Source: Phoronis australis (lineage: Eukaryota; Animalia; Phoronida). Taken from it: a stretch of 64,000 bases of DNA. Shown here one piece after another: positions 8,269 to 18,899 of this stretch. The notes beneath the pieces are model-generated. The model searched no databases and was not told the origin of the DNA. It was given only the letters and a program-made list of their open reading frames with translations. The stretch covers positions 855,895 to 919,894 of the forward strand of contig NMRA01000089.1 in assembly GCA_002633005.1 (NCBI GenBank), given 5' to 3'. The translations under genes were made by a program, and so were the position numbers. How positions within the stretch are numbered: the first letter of the stretch is position 1; every line of letters begins with the position of its first letter.

Positions 8269-11200
8269 ACAACGCCACGGCAACAAATATGTAAATAACT
8301 TTTTATAGCGACGTACAATTCAGTTAATGTTAAGAATATAGCAAGAATAATTATCAACACGAATTTAGAGCATATCGTTGTTCAGATTGGTTGAGACCTT
8401 GCAATTTACACTTTAAGACTGCAGCGTCGACGCTGCAGTATGAACGCTTAACTCCGGTCCAATCGAAGTTATCGCCAGGTGCCACTGTTATCGTCAACAG
8501 TTACAGAGTAGTGCCGTTACTAATAACTACTTATTTTTTGCTTTAATGATAACCAATCGATTTAAAAATGAGTTTAATTTCATTTAGCACATTTAAATGT
8601 TCCAAATTGTCACATTGAAAAAAATCTTAGCGTGCAGCGCTACATTGTGATAACTTCGATGACGTCAGCATCACCAACCCTTTACTTCGATGGTCATTAA
8701 CTACCGAAGCCAGTATGAACGGTCCAGTTAACTGCGCTGTTTACATCGACGCTCCGGAGCTCAGACCGGAGTTAAGTCAATATGAAAGGGCCTTAAGACA
8801 CAAATATGCAACCAGTTACTGGTGCCCATTTTATCAAAGGTCAAAGTTCAGGCCTTAACTTTAACAGTGTTACTTTGACTTTTATTTACTCCCAGTGTAT
8901 TAACATGACCCGGTAAAAAGGTTAAGTTTGAATTAAAAACAATGGCTAATTATCAATGGTAGCATTTTGCTCTGATGATAAAAAATGAAGCTGGCTTTTG
9001 ATGAAGTGAGCCTCAGTCTTGTGGAAACGTGGCTTCTAATAGAAGCTTTCTGGTACAGCTGACAGAAAACATGGCTAACATTTAGCAGAAGCCAGTTTGC
9101 AAATTAGCAGAGAAGTGATTTTGCAGCAGAGGCAAATTTGGTCAAATTTCCACAAACTGAGTCTCTTTGTGGAAAAAATGATGTACGACTTTCTGTCAAC
9201 CCACCGCATGCTTAGCAACAGAATGGTGAGAAAGTGGGTTTGTGTTGGGGTATAAGAGATTTGAATTATCTTATCTAACTTGCCTAGGATGTTTATCATG
9301 TCTTCAACAAATAATAACTTGTTTACAGCTGTCATACAGCATCGTCTTGCACTTACCAAATTTTGACCAAGTGCTGGCTATATTTCTTGAGAAGTTCTTA
9401 AAAAGCAAAGTCACTGGATGCACTTAAAAATCCAGTCTAGTTAGTGTTTCTTCAAAGTCAGGTGTAGAACACTGTGAACATGAGCCTCAGCTCATAAACC
9501 AACTATAAATTTAAAAATAATGATGGACACAATGCAATAATCTCCAAAAAGGAGTGTAAGGTAAAGATGGATAGGAACAATTTTAAAGTTTGAAAAAACT
9601 GTCACCAGTAAAAGGTTCTTCCCAACGTCACGGACATAAATCTATGAACAGAAGTTTCCTCATGGAACTCACTGGATATGAGTCGTTGATTTACATAGGA
9701 CTATTTTCCTGACGAAACTTGCCTCTTAAACTTTATAGTTCTATTATCACAATAAAGTGTATTTCTAAGTTCACCAAAGGATAACAAATATTAGGGATTA
9801 ACATGAAAATTCCACTTTAAATCTAGAAGTAATCCACGTAGCATTTTATATAATTCATGTTGGGTTGTTTATCTCCAGACACTCTGACATTGTCCACGGC
9901 CACACTGACGATAAGCTATCCCTCCAATTGAAATCAATCGGCTTATCGAGATATTAACACCTGACTGTTATGACTAGCCGCCTGTGTGATCTTTGGCTGT
10001 CAAAACAGGTATCCCTGCCCACCTTGACCATTGATTCCAATAGATTAATGATGACAGCAAGCCATACCCTGCCTCTCATATGTTTGCCTTATACTTTATT
10101 GATAAGCCTGGGTTGCATAATTTGTTTATCAATGATGTAATTACAAACTAGGGTCAATACATGTCAATGTTGACTGTTAAAACATTTCTTTTATGACAGA
10201 TTAACAGCGGTTGATGCATTGTTCCGCCAAAAATTTTTCTCGCGTGACCTCTACCATCTGATCATGTTGATTAATTATGTCAGTGAGTGCGGTTTAACTG
10301 GCAATAAATAAATATACATGGTTTTGGCATGCATTTCTGTGGGTTTTTCTTGTCCTTTAGGGAAGTTGACATACAGTTGACTGTTGGCAATTTATCGGTA
10401 GGTATTGGTGTTGAAATTACAAGGCAAAAATCAAGTCAAAGTTTAATCAAACTGAACTATCAATTATAATTTTTATTTGCTATAGTTTTTTTTTTCTGTG
10501 TTCCACAAATCTGTAGCACACAGGGTGTGCTCTTTCAATACACATTGTGTGTTGCCTGTAGCTGATTCTTTAAAAGCAAAGAATTTTACTCTCATAGTAA
10601 ATTTGTTTTTGAGGTATTAGCAAACAGTTTGCCCATTTCTTGGTATTGGCTGGTAGGATGTGTTGTTACAACGCCTCACCCAACCTGACATAACCTCTTG
10701 TTTATTCACGCTCAGTTTCACATTGTTGTGAGGAATACCTTGGATAGCATGACTGAAAAAATAACCCATCCCGCTTCTCCCACACAGGTCAGAGGGCAAA
10801 GGTCATTGCCTGACCCAAAATGAGAGTGCTGTGTTTGTGACAAACAGTAGTCTTTTCATGTGTAGGCAGTCATTAGTTATATGAAACTGACCAAGATAGA
10901 TTACACAAACAAGTATCCTGATTCAAACAACAATTGTGTGGCATTGTTTCCTGATTATGTAAGTTACAGCAGTGTTGTGGAGTGAATGAACTGAAGGGTG
11001 AGAGTGTGGTTGATATGACTCAGGCTAAGGTACTGTAGTTTGGTTGAAACTGTTCAGTTAGGCTTAAGTTTTAATGAGGAATGATTCTATTTGAGCTTCT
11101 AAACCTGGATTTTTATGTTTGAAAATAACAAGGGAACTTCGAGGGGGTTTATTGAAACATCTGGTTTCCATAGTCTGACATTGTATCTGAGATTTTTATC

Positions 11201-13161
11201 TGAAGGAGCATCAGGTAGGTACATATGTCTGTTTGGACAACATTTGACCTAACTAAGCATGAAGTTAATTGTCAGTCAGGTTTTACCCTCCAGTCCTCAT
11301 GTTTGTAGTGTTGAAAGTTAATAGGCCATCATAGAGCCCAGTTGGGGAACATCGTGTGAGGTGGTAAATCTGTGTCCGGTGTTTATGAAAGTGTTCACTT
11401 TTTGGGATTCTGTAGCTTACTTCAGCTGACTTACTCGGTTATGTGTGGATCCTGGTGATCTGTAGAATTGTGTTCCAAATGAGCGGAGGGGGTTGTGCAG
11501 TACTTTTGTTTATAGTACTCATACAGTAGGAACAATGAGACAACGGTTGTCCCAAGACAATATCAATTGACCGAAGTATCAGTTACTGTGAACTATCGCA
11601 AAGCCAAATTTTGCACCCGAGGTATTATTCCGCACACCCTTATTAGTTAACTTTATGGTATATTTCACAGGGACAGTATGCCCCCACCTGACCCCCCCTT
11701 CTATAGTAGTCTTCTTGTGATATTTATGGCACATGGTTCAAATGTGGAAAAGTGTCCCATTTCACTTGACAAGCTGCGCAGTGTTCCAGTATAACTTATA
11801 TTCATTCACGAATCAAACCTTGATTCTGAATTTACTACTTAAATATTTTATAGTTATTTGCTCGGTTTTTATCTTCACTGTAGTAGTTTTTGTGTGTTTT
11901 AACCCTGTTTTATCGTTATCTGTTGTCAACATCTGAAAGCACTTTTTTAATGACTTGTGTAGAATTAAATTATTTCCGTTGCTGGTGTCAAATGAACTCT
12001 TGTCCAATCATGTCGAAGATTATTCCTTGACTGCACTTTCAAAATGGTGGAATGAGGAAGCACTTAACGCTTTAACTCATCATAATTCAGTCTTGTTAAA
12101 TTTTGATATTCGAAGGTGGCAAGGTTCGAAATTAGCTCAAACAAAAGAGGAAAGAGCCCTTTTTGCCAATTTTGTCTCTAGGCTTTGACAAAAGAAGCAT
12201 GAAAATGGTTGTAACTCTTTGTTTTAGTTTAGTTTTAAACCGGTGAAAAGCTATCAACTGCTTTGTTTTGTTTCAAGTTTCTTAAGTTTGAAACAATGTA
12301 CTTGTAATATTAAAATTTCTAACCCTGCTTAGTGAATTGTTTCATTGTCATAATTTGCTTTAATTGAATTGTAACTAAGCATCCGCTTGTGAACAGAAAT
12401 TTCAGAAGGTATGGAGTCCTATTTCATCACGTGGTGCATTACAGCTGTATGACGTTAAACTTCCTTTCTTCATATATCAAGGAACTTCAGATTTAACTGC
12501 TTGTAAACTTTCTGCGTGAACAGAAGCAGTTTCATGAAAGTTGTGAACTGTGGAAAAGCTACAACCTGATATAATTGGTGAGAACACAACTTTCAATGAC
12601 TGGTAGCTGATACGTAAAGCTATATTCCACCGGGTACGGCTCTACTTTCTGTATCATGTGGTGATGAAGTCCAGAGGTCTTGTATATTCCTCCCTGTATG
12701 TTATGCTTTTGTCATTTTTGAATACTTTGAAAGTATATTAACCTGGCTTCTATTAACCAGTTCACCAACTGTTGTGTTCTGATAACGGCTCTGTATATTG
12801 TTTTGAATTTTGGCTGCTGTTTTTTTACTAATTGTCATTTTTGGCATATTGATCAGAGTGAAATTAAACTTTTATGTCACATTGCGTGTCAGACTGGATA
12901 AAGGTTTTGTGCGAGATTGGATTGGATATGACGGGACCTCCGGGTCTTTGTGCTGTCTGGTTACTTGTGGCATAAACTTCAAAACTAAACCAATATCACA
13001 ATTTCTGATGCTCTTATTGGGAATAGTATTGCCAATCTAGGATTCAAGATTATTGTGAATCCTAGTGCCAATGTAGCCCTGAAAACCATCTCTGTTCCAT
13101 CTTTTGCCTCAAACAATTGCTTGTCATAAGCTAGGTTGAAGTGTGGCCTTTCATAGCTACA

Positions 13162-13995
13162 ATCGAAACAGATATCCCGGAGTCGAAAACAGGCTCCTCC
13201 ACCTTCAAAACAGCTAACCAGCCCAAAAAACACGAATCCTGACCTTTAGAACAGGAACCCCGGGGATCGGACAGGAAACTCGCACAATTTTTCATACTTT
13301 CTGAGACCGTTGTTAGTAGCCTCAAATTTTGATTTAAAGCATCTTCAAGTACATTCCAGTTGTTTTCTGCATCTTCTTGTTAAAATTGTAAAATGTAACT
13401 TACATTATATTGACTTTGTTATTTGATTTTTATTGGTAAAACTCGTGCGACTTGTTTGTGAATTTCAACATAATCTATACTCTCAACGTGTTGTTGTCTC
13501 GGTGAATATTTAGTTAACTCGAAAAATATTTTCAAAAATTGAAAACAAAAATATTATTTCGACTTTCGAGTACTCTTGTTGATTAATTTGTTGTGACATG
13601 TATGCAACTTTGTGGAAGAACAGTTGATTGATGAATTGGCCAAAAGAAACTGGCTAAAAGGTGATGCAATATTTCATGGCGCCGAAAACAGACGCAAAAG
13701 ATCGCGCAACAACTTTAGCAGCAGAATAATGTAGAACGCCAATTTTGTCTAAAACTTTCGTATATTAAACTTACATATCATTATTTAAAGTAGGAAGATT
13801 TATTTTTCATCAAACTATGTTTCACAGAAAGTCTCCGGGTATCCTGTCCAATCCCTGGGGTTCCTGTATCCTGTTTTAAAAGTCAGGGTTCATTTCTTTT
13901 TTGGGCTGGTTAGCTGTTTTGAAGGTGCAGGAGTCTGTTTTCGACTTCGGGATATCTGTTTTTCACTTGGGTTCCTGTTTCGATGGAACACCCTG
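13162..13995. mobile_element. Non-autonomous DNA element (~830 bp) with long (~120 bp) terminal inverted repeats
   Basis: AAACAGATATCCCGGAGTCGAAAACAGGCTCCTCCACCTTCAAAACAGCTAACCAGCCCAAAAAA...GGACAGGA (13166-13276) is the reverse complement of ~13842-13960. The right end is ...TTTCGATGGAACACCCTG; the left tip looks truncated. Confidence 0.8.
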
Positions 13996-15860
13996 ATATC
14001 GAAGCTAAACCAAATTGTGATGGAAGTAAATTTAGGATCTACGGTATACAAAATGTTATTGTTTATTGTGTGAGAAGTAGATCATAAAATATAAAACAAA
14101 TGACTAAGCACTGCAACAACCCCCTCTATAAACTGAATAAACATTTTATGTCAACAGTTTTTTGCTGAGTAGTGTTGTGTGCATTTTAACTGTGATTAAT
14201 TCCATTTAGGGTTGCAAGTCCAGTTATGGTGGCCAAATGCATTATTTTGCCCTAAAAGCTGAAGTGAAGTAAAGTCTCAATGTTTTTCACTTATTAAAAT
14301 GAACCGGCATGAAATGTAGTTGAACGAATAATGTTTATAGGTGTCCCTCTCCCTGTGGAGGGTTAGGGTTCTTCTCTAAGAACATTTTGGAAATGCCTTT
14401 ATTTTGAGAAAATCTGATCGGTTTGCTAATCAGAATGTAGCAAAGCATGTGTTGTGATCAGATTTTGCTCAACGCTCTGTCCTTTGGGATATGTAGACCG
14501 TAAACATTACCTAGCTCGAGAAATCTGGAGAGCACCCAAAAGAATGTTGCACAATTCAATCTGGATGCTAAGTTACAACTACCAGTTAAATTATAAAAGG
14601 GTCACCTTGTTATAAACAGGGTGCACCACATTGCTCCTTGGAGAAGCCCTTTACATGCTAACTTGCAAAAAAGTGTGATGATGATGGAGTTCAATTCATG
14701 AATTCCTGAAGGGGTGCTGTTTCATGAATGATTTAACTTTCCTCTCTGTTCTTTTTTAGCTCACTGAATGTCTGACCTCGTTATTAAAGTATGTAACGTG
14801 TTGTTATGTTTAGCTAGTTGTACCCAGGAGCCAAGAGTATCATTGCTGCACAGTCATGCATGCAGTCTGTCTCATTGGCCCAGTTTCTTCTCAACAAGTT
14901 ATATGACATTTAAGTTCTTGGCTGTCTGAACTGAAATCGATTATTATGCTTGAGAGCAAACCTTTTTTGAATCATCAGATCATGAAAATTAATGATTTGA
15001 TTGACCTGGTTTTCAAGCATTTCCTTCGCTTGCTTTATAGGTTTGTAAATTTCTTCTTATTGGGTCTACCCGCTGTTTGATGTCTGTCAATTCTTGTATA
15101 CATTGGTACAAGGGGCTGACTTGTGGAATTTGCTACATATATCATTGCCAAATGAATATTCGTATCAGGTAATACAGCTTTCTGATTGGCATATGGATAT
15201 TCAGATATATTCAGTTATTATCTGGTAGTAATTATGTAATGCATGGTCCAGTTTGTTGTTCCCTTTTGTTGTGTAAATTTAGACTGAAGGTGACTTTTCA
15301 TTGGCTGTTTTATTCAATTCTGGAGTTCTTATTGGATGGCAGTTATGTAAGTATGTTCAGTCTCTGCTGGTATGGCTGGTATTTCTCTACTGGGAGTGCT
15401 GTAAATAATTCTGATGTTTCATTGGCTGGTGGGTTTGCAAATAATGCAGACTGCATTATATTGGCTGTAGGGATGGTGAATATGTCACAGTAGTCTTCTT
15501 ATTGGCTGGAAAATGTTATCGTGACAACAGGGCTTGGCTGGCTGTGAATGAAGTCGAAATTTTGAAATACGATGTACCAGTTTAACTTTTCGCTGTTTGC
15601 CAATCGTTCAAATAAACAAATCGGGCAATCAACCTGTAAACCTAATAACCTCTCTGCTCAGTACTGCGTTGACACTTTGGAGTTGGCAATTGTCAGTATT
15701 TCCTTATCTAACCTGATGAGGACAAATTATTTTAGAAGAAAAAAACAACTGTATGAGGGTTGTGATTGACGGTAATAGTGAGGTCAATGGGGTCAGTTGT
15801 GCTGTCTTCTAGATAAGCATAAGGAGATTGGGGGGGATGGGGGGGGCGGGCACATCTCAT

Positions 15861-16657
15861 NNNNNNNNNNNNNNNNNNNNNNNNNNNNNNNNNNNNNNNN
15901 NNNNNNNNNNNNNNNNNNNNNNNNNNNNNNNNNNNNNNNNNNNNNNNNNNNNNNNNNNNNNNNNNNNNNNNNNNNNNNNNNNNNNNNNNNNNNNNNNNNN
16001 NNNNNNNNNNNNNNNNNNNNNNNNNNNNNNNNNNNNNNNNNNNNNNNNNNNNNNNNNNNNNNNNNNNNNNNNNNNNNNNNNNNNNNNNNNNNNNNNNNNN
16101 NNNNNNNNNNNNNNNNNNNNNNNNNNNNNNNNNNNNNNNNNNNNNNNNNNNNNNNNNNNNNNNNNNNNNNNNNNNNNNNNNNNNNNNNNNNNNNNNNNNN
16201 NNNNNNNNNNNNNNNNNNNNNNNNNNNNNNNNNNNNNNNNNNNNNNNNNNNNNNNNNNNNNNNNNNNNNNNNNNNNNNNNNNNNNNNNNNNNNNNNNNNN
16301 NNNNNNNNNNNNNNNNNNNNNNNNNNNNNNNNNNNNNNNNNNNNNNNNNNNNNNNNNNNNNNNNNNNNNNNNNNNNNNNNNNNNNNNNNNNNNNNNNNNN
16401 NNNNNNNNNNNNNNNNNNNNNNNNNNNNNNNNNNNNNNNNNNNNNNNNNNNNNNNNNNNNNNNNNNNNNNNNNNNNNNNNNNNNNNNNNNNNNNNNNNNN
16501 NNNNNNNNNNNNNNNNNNNNNNNNNNNNNNNNNNNNNNNNNNNNNNNNNNNNNNNNNNNNNNNNNNNNNNNNNNNNNNNNNNNNNNNNNNNNNNNNNNNN
16601 NNNNNNNNNNNNNNNNNNNNNNNNNNNNNNNNNNNNNNNNNNNNNNNNNNNNNNNNN
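15861..16657. other. Assembly gap (797 N) flanked by poly-G/poly-C tracts
   Basis: Run of N. The right flank CCCC...CCTTGATACGCCA resembles the end of a G/C-tract hAT-like MITE. Confidence 0.99.
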
Positions 16658-18818
16658 CCCCCCCCCCCCCCCCCCCCCCGTTGCATCAACCTTGATACGC
16701 CAGAGTGCTCAAGACAAATGCTTACATTCCAGTGCGTATTTTTTCGATTAAGTCTATATGTCATGAAATTATAGTTTCCCCTCAGGATCTTTTCAGTGTC
16801 TTTCAGTGTGTATTTGCTTTTATCAGTTACTCCATGTGACTAACTTTTTATTCATTGTATTCGAACATGATCACAAGCACCTTTGGTTATCTTGTGTCTA
16901 TGCTTGGTTGTACCTCAAAAGGCGTTCTTGTATGTTGAAGTGGCAGACTGTGTAATGACACAAAATCATGACTTCTATAGCTTCAAATGCACCGTGTAAC
17001 AAAGATAGAATTACTTGGCCCTTGTTCAAACTCTGAGTTGCCACTTGTCAATCACTTGGCGAACAGAGCTCCATCTCTCTTAAAACCAGACAGATTTCTA
17101 CAGGTTCTCATCCGCAGCACACCAGTTATCGTAAAATGTGGTGACATTTTTGATGAGCCTGTATGTAAAGTCTACTCCTAACCTCAAATGTACCTTTCTT
17201 AGTGCAAACATCCTAGGCAAATAGCTCTAGAATTTAAATGATAGGCTTTGAGTGGAGGGTGTGAGCATGTGTCTGAATCAGCCGAGATTACGTACGGTAG
17301 TCTGATGTGAGCTTCGCTAAACTGAATTAGATATCCATCGGTTTAGTCATATTTTTTATGCTGACCTAGTCAATTACAGCATGCCTTTTGTGGAAATCCC
17401 CTTAATTTGTGCACATCCCAACTAGTAGAAAGATTGCTATCTAGATTATAACTACCCTAAAATTTAAATTGACAAGCATCATGCATTTTGAAGTGGACAG
17501 GTTCGTAGATTAACAATGACTTAGTTTGTTCAAACTATTTTTTGTTAAATCAACGATAGTTCTTTAATCTCGATGCATGTCATTTAAATTGTACTCCGCT
17601 GAAGTACCGTTGAAGACAGTTTGACTTGTAAATAACACTCATCTGTATTGGTTTGCACTTATTTTTTTCTGCCTTTATTTACACAAGGTCTTCCTACTGA
17701 TGACTGAAAATTAGAAGTGTGTGTACTCATTCACATTAGAGCCACTGGAATCGCCCACAGTACCCGATTTGTAATTATCTCAAATTTAGCATGTGATCAT
17801 GTTTTTGTTTTTCAAAACCATTTCGAACAGCTGACTGGGTTGATGGCGATAAGTTTGTGTTAATATAAAGCCAAAAGTTCACGTCGAATGATTTCACATT
17901 CATTGCCTACCGTCCCTTAGTAACACTGTCAGGTGTTTATGGAGCACTACGTTTTTTCACAATACTTACCAGGTAGAGAAGCTTTTGTTAGAAAGCTATC
18001 AAAATTTACTCAACAGCTTATTAAAAATGTGTTGGCTAACGTCATTCTGACTGTGGAACGATTGTTCCAAATCCTTTTTCTTAAACGCTGTGGACAGTGC
18101 GTCAACCCCACTGATATCTGGTGTAGGAAACAGCTTTTTGTGAAAGACACTTGTTCAGACTTGTTTTACCTGTGTGGTTTTTAAATTTACACAAGACTAT
18201 CACTGGCTACCTAACTGGGAGGCATTGAGGAGTGTCTAGAAATCTGGTGGTCTGACTGAATGTCTAATTATTGTCAATGTCTGGCACTGGCTACCACATC
18301 AAAGCAGTACTTGGTTATCCTCAAACCAGACATTCTTGAGTTCAAGAGTTGTTAAGTTGGAAGGTGTACCTGCGCTGGCCATTCTAACTGATGACTTCTT
18401 GGAAGACTTAGAAGATTTTGTTTTTGTATTTGTTTGTGTGTGACTCATTCAGTGTTCACTAGTTTGACTCGAAAAAATACTGGAGATGTAAAACACAGAT
18501 GGATGATTGTTTTAGGGATAAAACCGCTGAAAACATCAATTAGTGACGTCGAAGCTAATATATGTAAGGTGTGGATCCCAAACGCACGAACGGAGACTTC
18601 TCACGTGTCCCTAAGTTTGTGCGCAAAGGAACGTTCTAAATATTATAGTCTGCGAAATGTATACATTATTACTAACATCTATGTTCAGAGTGGGCTGTCT
18701 TGCAGTGTGTCACCAGTGAGATTTTATGTTTAACTGTGCTTAAAATATACATTTTAATGGTAATTTTCATTTGTTGTTTGTTTCAGGTAAGAAAGTAGAT
18801 GGATCTAAAAGATGAACA

Positions 18819-18899
18819 ATGTCTGTGAAAAGCAATGGTAAACCAGTACTAGAGATGTCCTCGAGAGGAAAGGAACGACGGTCCAGCAACTACATCCAG
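18819..18899 (+). CDS. spri: RIN/Sprint putative first coding exon
   Basis: Acceptor TTTCAG at 18786, in-frame TGA, then ATG MSVKSNGKPVLEMSSRGKERRSSNYIQ; donor CAG|GTTTGT is phase 0 and matches the next exon. Confidence 0.5.

Larger units (their letters stand above)
3441..8412 (+). mobile_element. Kolobok-superfamily DNA transposon, non-autonomous deletion derivative (4972 bp)
   Basis: Perfect 19-bp TIR AGTGTAAATTGCAAGGTCT (3441-3459) / AGACCTTGCAATTTACACT (8394-8412). TTAA on both flanks (3437-3440, 8413-8416). 5'-RR terminus. Carries THAP-transposase remnants on + and a convergent P2X7-ballast-like (KolX) gene on -, the canonical Kolobok layout. Confidence 0.9.
3315..8792. mobile_element. 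Harbinger/PIF-like non-autonomous MITE (~0.5 kb; 3315-3440 plus 8417-8792), split by the Kolobok insertion
   Basis: Left end GGGCCTTTCATA vs right end TATGAAAGGGCC (revcomp GGCCCTTTCATA). Flanks TCA/TTA resemble a TWA 3-bp TSD with one mismatch. The internal motif CAGTATGAACGCTTAACTCCGGT occurs on both sides of the inner element (~3364 and ~8436), and ACCGGAGTTAAG occurs inverted near 8765. Confidence 0.65.

Noticed and set aside
3437-8416. piggyBac classification because of the TTAA TSD
   Set aside because: Termini are AG...CT rather than CC(C/T)...GG, and the THAP plus KolX content fits Kolobok
15793-16774. Three 300+ aa ORFs in the ORF track
   Set aside because: Artefacts of translating through the N gap
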